This document shows, piece by piece, positions 17,933-26,244 of a stretch of 64,000 bases of DNA (position 1 is the stretch's first letter; each line of letters opens with the position of its first letter). A model generated the notes under the pieces. It saw nothing but the letters and a program-made list of their open reading frames with translations. It was not told where the DNA came from and searched no databases. Source of the stretch: Vicinamibacterales bacterium (GTDB lineage Bacteria; Acidobacteriota; Vicinamibacteria; Vicinamibacterales; UBA8438); assembly GCA_965262925.1 (NCBI GenBank), contig CBDHGC010000003.1, positions 1,551,907 to 1,615,906 on the forward strand, in the 5' to 3' direction. The position numbers and the translations under genes were made by a program.

Positions 17933-20014
17933 ATGCGCAGACTGCACCGTGGATTCGTCGTCGTACTCGTGGCCGGAATCGTCGCCCTGACGGGCAGCCT
18001 GCAGGGACAGGAAGTGCCGGAACGCGGCAGCGGCTATCCCGCCGCGGACTGGCCGTTCGCCGGCGGGGACTGGACGAGCTCCCGCCACTCGACGCTCGCC
18101 GGCATCTCGACGGAGACCATCGACCGGCTGGGCGCGTCCTGGGTGACGCGGCTTCCGGGCGGCGTGTCGTCGCGGGCGACGCCGGTGGTGGACGACGGCA
18201 TCCTCTACCTGACGGGTGGGGCCAACGTGTTCGCCATCGACGGCCGGACCGGCGAAACGGTCTGGCGCTGGCAGCCGGGAAGCTCTGCCGCCGAGGTGCA
18301 GCGGGTGCCGTCGTGGCAGGGGGTCGGCCTCGGCGATGAGCTGGCCTTCGTCGGGCTGGGGAGCGCGGAGGTGGCAGCGCTGCGGAAGGACACCGGCGAG
18401 CTGGTCTGGGTGCAGACGGTCGGCAGCGATCCGCCGCAGGCCGGCGAATCGGTGACCACGGCCCCGATGCACGCGCGCGGCAAGGTGTTCGTCGGCATCG
18501 CGAACGGCGACAGCGGCGGGCAGGGGCGCGTCGTCGCCCTGGACGCGGCGACCGGCGAGCGGCTCTGGACGTTCTTCGTCGTGCCGCGGCCCGGGGAGCC
18601 CGGCCACGAGACCTGGCCGCAGGACTCGGAGATCTGGCGCCTCGGCGGGGGTGGCGTCTGGCTCGTGGGTGCGGTCGACCCGGACCTGGGGATGGTCTAC
18701 TTCGTCACCGGCAACCCGGTCCCGATGTACGGCGGCGAGATCCGCGCCGGCGACAACCTGTTCACCGCGTCGGTGATTGCCCTCGACATGGAGACCGGGG
18801 AGCGGCGCTGGCATTACCAGGTGGTCCGGCACGACATCTGGGACGCCGACATCGCCACGCCGCTGCTGCTCTACGAGACCGAGATGGACGGTCGCACCCG
18901 CAAGGCGGTGGCCGCGATGCGGGCGGACGGCTACCTGTTCCTGTTCGACCGGGAGACCGGCGAGCCGATCGTGCCGATAGAGGAGCGGCCGGTGCCGCAG
19001 GACGAGTACCTGCTCACCGCGCCGACCCAGCCCTTCCCGGCCGGTGAGAGCATCCTGCCCTCGTGCTCGTTCTGGCGCGACCGGGTGCCGCCCCCGTTCG
19101 AGCTCAACTGCAGCTCGTACACCCCGCCGTCGCTGGACCGGTACGACGTCGTGGCGCCGGGCGCGCCGATTCCGATGGTGCGGGTCACGCCGATGTCGTT
19201 CAGTCCGCAGACCGGCTACATCTACGCGCAGGGGCGGGCGCACGTCGGCCGCGCGTTCCGCTTCGACGACCCGTGGATCTCGGACAACCGCGGCAGCGGC
19301 TACGTCCGGCTCACGCTCCCGGAGTCGACAGGCATTCTCGCCGCCGTCGACGGGCGGACCGGCGAGGTCGTCTGGAAGAACGAGTTCCGCGGGGCGCGGC
19401 TCGCCACCAGTGGTCCGCTGACGACCGCGGGCGGATTGATGTTCTGGGGCTCGGCGGACGGCCGGATCGAGGCCTACGACGCCGGCACCGGCGAGCGGCT
19501 GTGGGGATTCCAGGCAGGCCCGCCCGGGGTGCGGCTGCGGCCCGGACCGGCTGCCTCGTATGCGATCGACGGCGAGCAGTTCGTCTCCATCGCGGTCGGC
19601 GGCGAGCTCTGGGCGTTCGCCCTCGACGGCGACGTGCCGGCGCGTCCGGCGGCGGAGGAGCCGCTGGACGACCTGGTGCGCTGGATCGGCCCTCCGCCGC
19701 GCGCGACCGCCGCCATCGAGACCGCGACGCTGGTCGAGAATCCCATCGCCTGGTCGGTGGGCGGGCGGCGCAACGCGATCAACGAGCACGCTTTTAACCC
19801 GGTGCGGGCGCTCGTCGCCGCCGGCACGCGCGTACGGTTCGTCAACAACGGCGAGATGTCCCACACCATCGCGGCGCGGGACGGGAGCTGGAGCATGGAT
19901 ACGCTGGCCCCGGCGATGATGGGCTACGTCTCCTTCGACGAGCCGGGCACGTTTCTGTACCACTGCACGGACCATCCGTGGGCGATCGGCGAGATCACCG
20001 TCCAGGAGCCGTAG
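17933..20014 (+). CDS. PQQ-dependent dehydrogenase-type beta-propeller fused to a C-terminal cupredoxin-like domain
   Basis: 693 aa with a signal peptide. Propeller motifs: ATPVVDDGILYLTGGANVFAIDGRTGETVWRW, DNLFTASVIALDMETGERRWHYQVVRHDIWD, GRIEAYDAGTGERLWGF. The last ~100 aa read ..RVRFVNNGEMSHTIAARDG..GTFLYHCTDHPWAIGEITV (cupredoxin His...Cys-x2-His pattern). Confidence 0.82.
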   Translation: MRRLHRGFVVVLVAGIVALTGSLQGQEVPERGSGYPAADWPFAGGDWTSSRHSTLAGISTETIDRLGASWVTRLPGGVSSRATPVVDDGILYLTGGANVFAIDGRTGETVWRWQPGSSAAEVQRVPSWQGVGLGDELAFVGLGSAEVAALRKDTGELVWVQTVGSDPPQAGESVTTAPMHARGKVFVGIANGDSGGQGRVVALDAATGERLWTFFVVPRPGEPGHETWPQDSEIWRLGGGGVWLVGAVDPDLGMVYFVTGNPVPMYGGEIRAGDNLFTASVIALDMETGERRWHYQVVRHDIWDADIATPLLLYETEMDGRTRKAVAAMRADGYLFLFDRETGEPIVPIEERPVPQDEYLLTAPTQPFPAGESILPSCSFWRDRVPPPFELNCSSYTPPSLDRYDVVAPGAPIPMVRVTPMSFSPQTGYIYAQGRAHVGRAFRFDDPWISDNRGSGYVRLTLPESTGILAAVDGRTGEVVWKNEFRGARLATSGPLTTAGGLMFWGSADGRIEAYDAGTGERLWGFQAGPPGVRLRPGPAASYAIDGEQFVSIAVGGELWAFALDGDVPARPAAEEPLDDLVRWIGPPPRATAAIETATLVENPIAWSVGGRRNAINEHAFNPVRALVAAGTRVRFVNNGEMSHTIAARDGSWSMDTLAPAMMGYVSFDEPGTFLYHCTDHPWAIGEITVQEP

Positions 20015-20048
20015 AGACCGAACCGTGACCAACGCGAAGGGGAACGAG

Positions 20049-21383
20049 ATGAGTCGATACACCTGCGCGCTGTTGCTCGTCGTGGTCCTGTGCGCGCCCG
20101 CCGCCGCCCAGGATCGATGGCCGCAGTTCCGGGGCCCGGGCGCCCGAGGCGTCTCGGAGGCCGCTGGACTGCCGACCCGCTGGAGCGCCACCGAGAACGT
20201 CGCCTGGGTCGCCGACCTGCCGGGCCTCGGCTGGAGCTCGCCGGTCGTCTGGGACGACACCGTCTACGTCACGACCGTCGTCAGCGCCGGGCCGGTCGAA
20301 GAACCGCTGGGCGGTCTCTATCGCGGGCGCGAAACGTGGACCCCCTCGACGGCGGAACACCGGTGGATCGTCCACGCGCTGGACGTCGGCACCGGAGCCG
20401 TGCGGTGGGAGCGCGAGGTGCATCGCGGCGCGCCGGCCGGCGGCTACCACATGAAGAACAGCCTGGCGACCGAGACGCCGGTCACCGACGGCGACTCGCT
20501 GTTCGTCTACTTCGGCAACCTCGGCATCTTCAGTCTCGACACGACGGACGGCCGGTTGCGCTGGTCGCGAGACGTCGAGCCCGCGGCCACCCGGCTGGGG
20601 TGGGGCACCGCCGCGTCGCCGGTGCTGCACGACGGCCGCCTCTACATGGTGAACGACAACGACGATCAGTCGTATCTGCTCGCGCTGAGCGCGGAGACCG
20701 GCAACGAGATCTGGCGCATCCCGCGGGACGAAGGCACCAACTGGTCGACCCCCTTCGTCTGGGAGAACGAGCAGAGGACCGAGATCGTCACCACCGGGAC
20801 CGACCGCGTGCGCTCCTACGACCTCGACGGCGACCTGCTGTGGGAGCTCGCCGGCATGTCGTCCATCACCGTTCCCACGCCCTTCGCCGAGTTCGGCCTG
20901 CTCTATCTCAGCTCGGGGTATCTGGGCGACCAGCAGCGCCCCGTCTACGCCATCCGCCCCGGCGCCAGCGGCGACATCTCGCTCCGCGGCTCGGAGACGG
21001 CCAACCGGTTCATCGCGTGGTCGCAGCCGCAGGCCGCACCCTACAACCCTTCGCAGATTCTCTACGGCGACGTGCTGTACACGCTCCTCGACCGGGGGTT
21101 CTTCACCGCCCACGACGCGCGTACCGGCGAGGAGATCTACTCCCGGCGGCGGATCGCGGTCGGGGCCGCGTTCACCGCATCGCCCTGGGCCTACGACGAC
21201 AAGATCTTCGCGCTGAGCGAGGACGGCGACGCCTACGTGATCCGCGCCGGCCGGACGTTCGAGGTCATCGGCCGAAATCCGCTCGACGAGTTCACGATGG
21301 CCACGCCGGCCATCGCCCAGGGCAGCCTGTTCATCCGGACGCGGTCGAAGCTCTACCGGATTGCCGAGGCCGCGGCTCCCTGA
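20049..21383 (+). CDS. PQQ-like/BamB-like beta-propeller repeat protein, exported
   Basis: Start at MSRYTCALLLVVVLCAPAAAQD. Repeated blades: SSPVVWDDTVYV, ALDVGTGAVRWE, SLDTTDGRLRWS, ALSAETGNEIWR, AHDARTGEEIY. Confidence 0.8.
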   Translation: MSRYTCALLLVVVLCAPAAAQDRWPQFRGPGARGVSEAAGLPTRWSATENVAWVADLPGLGWSSPVVWDDTVYVTTVVSAGPVEEPLGGLYRGRETWTPSTAEHRWIVHALDVGTGAVRWEREVHRGAPAGGYHMKNSLATETPVTDGDSLFVYFGNLGIFSLDTTDGRLRWSRDVEPAATRLGWGTAASPVLHDGRLYMVNDNDDQSYLLALSAETGNEIWRIPRDEGTNWSTPFVWENEQRTEIVTTGTDRVRSYDLDGDLLWELAGMSSITVPTPFAEFGLLYLSSGYLGDQQRPVYAIRPGASGDISLRGSETANRFIAWSQPQAAPYNPSQILYGDVLYTLLDRGFFTAHDARTGEEIYSRRRIAVGAAFTASPWAYDDKIFALSEDGDAYVIRAGRTFEVIGRNPLDEFTMATPAIAQGSLFIRTRSKLYRIAEAAAP

Positions 21384-21415
21384 GCCGCCGGTAACCGCTC
21401 GACGCGGGCGTCCCC
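21381..21415. repeat. possible degenerate third copy of the junction repeat
   Basis: TGAGCCGCCGGTAACCGCTCGACGCGGGCGTCCCC aligns with TGAGCCG..CCGGT..ACCGCTCGTCGGCGGGTGCCC of copy A if ~14 nt are deleted. It again starts with the stop codon of the upstream ORF. The match is weak in a GC-rich background. Confidence 0.35.
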
Positions 21416-21509
21416 CATGCGCCGCATCTCGTCGGCGGTGAACTCCAGTCGGCGGGGTCCGTGGGAATGGTCGGCGGCTCTCCGGCCCCGACGACCGCAC
21501 CGCGCCCCC

Positions 21510-21800
21510 TCAAGGCAGCGTGTAGGTCAGGAGCGTCTTGCCCGCCGCCACCGCGACGTACTGCTTGCCGTCCTTTCCCACGTAGGTGATCGGGTTGGCG
21601 CCGCTGATCATCTGCTCGGTCTCGACGCTCCACAGCTCGCGCCCGGTCTTCGTCTCGTAGGCGCGGAACCGTCGATCGCTGGCGCCCCCGATGAAGAGCA
21701 CGCGTCCCGCGGTGGAGGTCGGCCAGCCCTTCTGCGAGTTGGGGGCGCCGGTCAGCAGGCCGGGGGGTGCGCCCTCGACCGTGCCGAACGGGATCTGCCG
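21510..21800 (-). pseudogene. C-terminal fragment of a PQQ-dependent dehydrogenase
   Basis: ..AGRVLFIGGASDRRFRAYETKTGRELWSVETEQMISGANPITYVGKDGKQYVAVAAGKTLLTYTLP* parallels the last blade of 29884..31860 (GDLIFFGEDSGAFAALDAHSGEPLWHVQV..MTYMVGGRQYVAIAS..FALP*). No propeller body lies upstream. Confidence 0.7.
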
Positions 21801-21848
21801 GCCGCAGCGCTTCGCCACCGACGCGCTGATGGCGCGCGACGGGCATCC

Positions 21849-22107
21849 TACGAGCGGGCCGCCTTTAGCGGCAAGCGCATCGCCGTGGTAGGAGCCGGGC
21901 CCGCCGGGCTGGCCTGCGCCCATCGACTGGCGCTGAAGGGACACGCCGTTATCCTGTTCGATGCGCGCGCCAAGGCGGGGGGCCTCAACGAGTTCGGCAT
22001 CGCCAGCTACAAGACCGTCGACCGTTTAGCGGAGCGCGAGCTCGAGTGGCTCCTCGGCATCGGCGGCATCACCGTGGAGCTGGGGAGGCGCCTGGGCGAG
22101 GACCTGC
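21849..22107 (+). pseudogene. fragment of a PreT/GltD-like NAD(P)-flavoprotein (dinucleotide-binding segment only)
   Basis: YERAAFSGKRIAVVGAGPAGLACAHRLALKGHAVILFDARAKAGGLNEFGIASYKTV..LLGIGGITVELGRRLGEDL. The frame then switches abruptly at ~22105. Confidence 0.65.
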
Positions 22108-22440
22108 GAGGAGCAGGCCTGGCAGCGCATCCTGCGGCAGGTCGAGGACACCGGCGCCGACGGCGTCGAGCTGAACTTCGGCTGCCCCCACGGCATGCAG
22201 GAGCGCGGGATGGGCTCGGCGGTGGGCCAGGTGCCGGAGTACCTCGAGATGGTCACGCGCTGGGTGAAGGCGGCGACCCGGATGCCGGTCATCGTCAAGC
22301 TCACGCCGAACGTCGCCGACATCCGCTACGCGGCCCGCGCGTCCCGGGCGGGAGGCGCCGACGCGGTGAGCCTGATCAACACGGTGAACTCCATCGCGTC
22401 GGTCAACCTCGACACGTTCAGTCCCGAGCCCTCCATCGAC
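22108..22440 (+). pseudogene. fragment of a PreA/dihydroorotate-dehydrogenase-like TIM-barrel flavoprotein
   Basis: EEQAWQRILRQVEDTGADGVELNFGCPHGMQERGMGSAVGQVPEYLEMVTRWVKAATRMPVIVKLTPNVADIRYAARASRAGGADAVSLINTVNSIASVNLDTFSPEPSID. It is fused directly to the PreT-like fragment with both ends missing. Confidence 0.65.
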
Positions 22441-22556
22441 CGCTCGGCCGCCTGCCGAACTGCATCGGTGATGGCGTCAGCCTGTTCGGTCGTGAGCTTG
22501 GTGGCGACCAGTGCGCGAGCGATGGCGTCGGTGTCGAACCCAGAGGCATGGTACCA
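22441..22556 (-). pseudogene. 5' fragment of a DUF1640-like gene
   Basis: The minus strand translates ..GFDTDAIARALVATKLTTEQADAITDAVRQAAE. The intact paralog 48665..48916 begins MTTLAFDTHRAVKALRHAGFSDEQAEAVTEQIS. The fragment is truncated at 22441. Confidence 0.55.
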
Positions 22557-22633
22557 CGGTGTCTCACGCCGGCAGCACAGTCTGGCCCGTGGGATTCGTC
22601 AACGGTACGAGGGGGCCAGTGTAGGGGGCGGGA

Positions 22634-23433
22634 ATGGCGGACCTCACGAACACGGAGAAGCGGCAGTTTGAGCGATTACTTGGGATGGGCAGCGGCTACG
22701 TGCTCGACTTCTCAAACAGGACGTTTGCGGAGTTCGTGATCGATGCAACGGACCGCGACCCGTACGACGCCAAGTACGACCACGGCAGCTCAAAAGCAAA
22801 CCGGCTGCGTGGCTTTTGGGCGTCGAGCCGAACCGGGTAGTCGGCAAACTGATGGGTGAGATGCTTGAGTACTTGCGGACGACCGTCGGAGGCGACGAAG
22901 ATCCTACCCTGCGCGCGCAGTGCGAGCGGACGGTGGCGCGCCTGCTTCAAGAGAATCCCGTCCAGGAGCTTGACGCACTTGTCGCGATCGGGAACGAGCG
23001 CGACTTCGAGGTCGTGGCTAAAGCGGTCCGGGACGCCATCGACCGGGACGAACTCGAGGCGAGTCTCGACCGGCTGCACACCTTCATCATCAAGTATGTG
23101 CGGTTATTGTGTGAGACGCGGGGCATCTCCGTTGACCGCGACAAGCCGCTTCACAGCCTGTTCGGCGAGTACGTGAAGCACCTGAAGCAAGGCGGACATC
23201 TCGAATCCGAGATGACGGCGCGTATCCTGAAGTCGAGCATCTCGACACTGGAGGCGTTCAACGATGTCCGGAACAACCGGAGCCTCGCGCACGACAACCC
23301 GATCCTCGGCTATGAGGAGGCATTGCTGATCTTCAACCACATCGCAGCCTCAGTACGGTTCTTGCGGAGCATACATATGGCTACGCAGGAACGCGAGCAT
23401 GCTGCTACGGCTGACGACGATGTTCCATTTTGA
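22634..23433 (+). pseudogene. abortive-infection-type protein (N-terminal Abi-associated domain + Abi_C/HEPN-like C-terminus), single frameshift near 22815
   Basis: ORF 22634..22840 reads ..TEKRQFERLLGMGSGYVLDFSNRTFAEFV..SSKANRLRGFW. ORF 22816..23433 reads GVEPNRVVGKLMGEMLEYL... and later FNDVRNNRSLAHDN (an R-x4-6-H HEPN-type motif). The two join if one G is added to the GGG run at 22818-22820. G+C is visibly lower than in the neighbours. Confidence 0.7.
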
Positions 23434-23448
23434 TTTGGCTTATCCCGC

Positions 23449-23852
23449 TCAGATCGCCACCGGCGTCCCCTCGATCATCGGCATGTCGGGGATCGGAAGT
23501 GCCACTGCATGGCCAGCCGGTCGATGTTGTCCCGATTGATCTGGTCCAGCGGACTGTGGCGGTTCCCCGTGTAGCTGCCATGGTAGGACGGCCAGTCGAC
23601 GTACGGTTCGATCGCCGCCTCGCGGTAGGCGTCGCCCTCGCGGCGGAGCAGCACGATGTCGCCCCCGGACGTCCGGAACTGCGCGTCGAACCCGCCTTCG
23701 TTGAGGACGGTGCCTTTCGGCGCATCCCCCCGGAGAGCGGGATGGAGGCGGCGCGCGGGCGCGGCGCCCGCGGGTCGCTCGCCGCCGTCGGCGCCGCGGC
23801 GGCCAGTTCCCTGAGGGATACGACGCTGGTCGCCGCGAACGTCCTCTTGACA
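23449..23852 (-). pseudogene. N-terminal fragment of a cytochrome c-PQQ dehydrogenase paralog, truncated at both ends and frameshifted
   Basis: ..SLRELAAAAPTAASDPRAPRPRAASIPLSGG..GTVLNEGGFDAQFRTSGGDIVLLRREGDAYREAAIEPYVDWPSYHGSYTGNRHSPLDQINRDNIDRLAMQWHF / PIPDMPMIEGTPVAI* matches residues ~85-235 of 29884..31860. The upstream end abuts the IS1634-like element. Confidence 0.8.
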
Positions 23853-25829
23853 TCTAGACGGAAGTTTCAGAGCGAATCGCGCGGAAGTCATTCTCATTGA
23901 GTCAGTTAGCGATTCCGTCGGGGTGTCGGTGGTGGCTACACTCGGGTCGTTACCCCCAGTAGCTCGAAGCAGCGCTGCTGCAGCGGTGTGGGGTCCGTCT
24001 GCAACTGAAAGGTGACGCCGCTTTCGGCGACCTGCATCGTGTTCGCCGTCAGCGTTCCCAGGTCGGTGAGCAGCGTCCGGAAGCTGTGCACCGGCAAGTC
24101 GTCGTCGGTCCGTTTGCAGCCCACCTTGGCCAGGGCCGCCGGTGAGCGGCGAGCGGCGGCGACCACCGAAGGCCGCTGCTGCTCGGCCGCCGCCGGGTCG
24201 TGGTCGTCGAACAGCAGCGGCGCCAGCGCGTGGCGCATGTGCCACTCGACGTAGTAGGCCAGCATGCACAGCAGGACATGCGCCCGCACCCGGTCCGCCC
24301 GCCGGTGGTGGATCGGCCGCACCTTCAGGTCCACCGACTTCAGGCTCCGAAACGCCCGCTCCACCTTCGACAGGTCCTTGTAGGCCCGCACCGTCTGCGC
24401 TGCATCGAACTGCTCCGGCTCGACGTTGGAGCGGACGATGTACAGCCCGTCGAGCTGCTCCTCGGCCGCGATCTTGTCTTCGTCCCGGCGATAAGTGAAC
24501 GTGTCGTCGGTGATCGTGGTGACGAAATGCTTGGCCATCTTGTGCCGGTTGATCACCTTCCCGACGCGCATACCGATTTCGGCTGCTCCGCGTAGCAGCC
24601 GGTTCTGGCGCGTTGTCGCTGCCGCGATGGGCGCCAGGTCCTTCTCGGTTGCCGCCAGCAGTTCCTGCCGCTTGCGCTGCCGCTCGGCGGCCAGCAACGG
24701 ATTGCGGCACACGACCAGCCGCTCGCCGGGGAACAGCTCGCTGGTGACCTCGGCCAGGTCCCGCTCGTCGAACAGCGACGGCGTCACCGTGCCGGCGGCC
24801 AGCAGTTTCCGAATCGTCGGCGCCCGCAGCGTGGTGATCCAGCGCAGCCCGTCGACGCCCGCCAGGTCCTCGCGGATCCGCGCTGCGGTCAGCATGCCGC
24901 GGTCGCCCACCAGCACCACCCGCTGCAAGCCAAAGCGGGTGCGGAGCTTGTCCACCTGGCAGGCCACCGTCTTCGGGTCGCTCGTCGAGCCCTCGAAGAC
25001 CTCCACCGCGACCGGACAGCCCGCGGCCGTGCACAACAGGCCGAAGACGATCTGCAAGGTGCCCTGCTTGCCGTCGCGGCTGTGCCCGCGCTGCGCCAAC
25101 GGGCAGTGGGTCCCCTCCAGGTAGCTGGAGGTCAAGTCATAGAGCACCAGGGTGTGTTCCTGCAGGTGCTGCTTGGCCAGGCGTTGCTCGATGGCCGCCT
25201 GCCGCTCCACCAGCCAGTCCATCGCCGCATACAGTTCGTGCTGATCGACGTCGCCGAGCCCAAGCGTCTCGCCCAGGGTGGAGACGGCGCTCTCGGGGGC
25301 CAGGCCGCGCGCGGTGGCCAGCTTCGACTGCGCGTCGATGACGCGGGCGACGATCAGGGCGAGGACGAGGTCGCGGAGGCGACCGGCGTTACGGGCGATC
25401 AGCGTGTGCAGTCCGATCCGCTTGAGGGTGCCGAGCACCGCGGCGATGTGGCCGTGGGGCAGGCTGCGCACGCAGGTGAAGGCGTCTTCGGGGTTGACGA
25501 GTCGCTCACCGCGGAGGACGCGGCGCAGCGTTTCGATGGCGGCGGTCGGCAGCTTGGAGAGGTTGGCGAGGGTGCGCTTCTTGACGTGGCCGCCGGCGCG
25601 GTAGGACTCGCGCAGGAGGACGGCTGGGGGGGAGGAGCGATTGGGCACGCTCTCGATATACATGGTCACTAATTATACCGAAGTAACTCAATACATAAAA
25701 AGAAAACAACGCGCATTACGCGCCTATTACATGGCTACATATCGCCGTATGCACCAAGCCGAAAAGCTCCAAAAAGCCTTTAGACCCTATGGTTTAGGGC
25801 TAAATCGCCCGCTGAAACTTCCGTCTAGA
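23853..25829 (-). mobile_element. IS1634-family insertion sequence (1,977 bp)
   Basis: 18-bp perfect terminal inverted repeats: TCTAGACGGAAGTTTCAG at 23853-23870 and its complement at 25812-25829. It has a single transposase ORF and an AT-rich right interior (25670-25810). No flanking direct repeat is seen. Confidence 0.85.
23936..25669 (-). CDS. IS1634-family (IS4-superfamily DDE) transposase
   Basis: 577 aa: MTMYIESVPNRSSPPAVLLRESYRAGGHVKKRTLANLSKLP.., VLYDLTSSYLEG, VLVGDRGM, YKDLSKVERAFRSLKS. Confidence 0.88.
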   Translation of the reverse strand: MTMYIESVPNRSSPPAVLLRESYRAGGHVKKRTLANLSKLPTAAIETLRRVLRGERLVNPEDAFTCVRSLPHGHIAAVLGTLKRIGLHTLIARNAGRLRDLVLALIVARVIDAQSKLATARGLAPESAVSTLGETLGLGDVDQHELYAAMDWLVERQAAIEQRLAKQHLQEHTLVLYDLTSSYLEGTHCPLAQRGHSRDGKQGTLQIVFGLLCTAAGCPVAVEVFEGSTSDPKTVACQVDKLRTRFGLQRVVLVGDRGMLTAARIREDLAGVDGLRWITTLRAPTIRKLLAAGTVTPSLFDERDLAEVTSELFPGERLVVCRNPLLAAERQRKRQELLAATEKDLAPIAAATTRQNRLLRGAAEIGMRVGKVINRHKMAKHFVTTITDDTFTYRRDEDKIAAEEQLDGLYIVRSNVEPEQFDAAQTVRAYKDLSKVERAFRSLKSVDLKVRPIHHRRADRVRAHVLLCMLAYYVEWHMRHALAPLLFDDHDPAAAEQQRPSVVAAARRSPAALAKVGCKRTDDDLPVHSFRTLLTDLGTLTANTMQVAESGVTFQLQTDPTPLQQRCFELLGVTTRV

Positions 25830-25902
25830 GGAGCTATGGGCTATCGTTCCTCTAGATGGCTAGAAGACTCTGTGCCGAAGGGCTGAAAGACGCCGCAAGG
25901 AG

Positions 25903-26244
25903 GTGACCGTGACCGCTCGCCCCCAGCGGGACGACCTTCGAGGCTCGCTCGATTTGGTGATCTTGAAAACGCTCTCGCTCGCGCCGATGCACGGTTGGGG
26001 CATTGGCCAACGGATTCGGCAGATGTCCTCGGGGGTGCTGGAAGTCAACCAGGGCTCGCTGTATCCGGCCCTCCAGCGCCTCGAGAAGCAGGGGCTGATC
26101 CGCAGCGACTGGGGAACCACCGACAACAACCGGCGGGCGCGCTACTACCGGCTGACGCCGTCGGGCCGGCGAGCGCTCGGCGAGGAGATCGACAGTTGGA
26201 AGCGCTTCGCCGACGGTCTCGGCGCGGTGTTGCGGAGCACCTGA
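25903..26244 (+). CDS. PadR-family transcriptional regulator
   Basis: 113 aa, GTG start with AAGGAGG 6 nt upstream. Motifs: LDLVILKTLSLAPMHGWGIGQRI..NQGSLYPALQRLEKQGLIRS..RRARYYRLT. Confidence 0.9.
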   Translation: MTVTARPQRDDLRGSLDLVILKTLSLAPMHGWGIGQRIRQMSSGVLEVNQGSLYPALQRLEKQGLIRSDWGTTDNNRRARYYRLTPSGRRALGEEIDSWKRFADGLGAVLRST

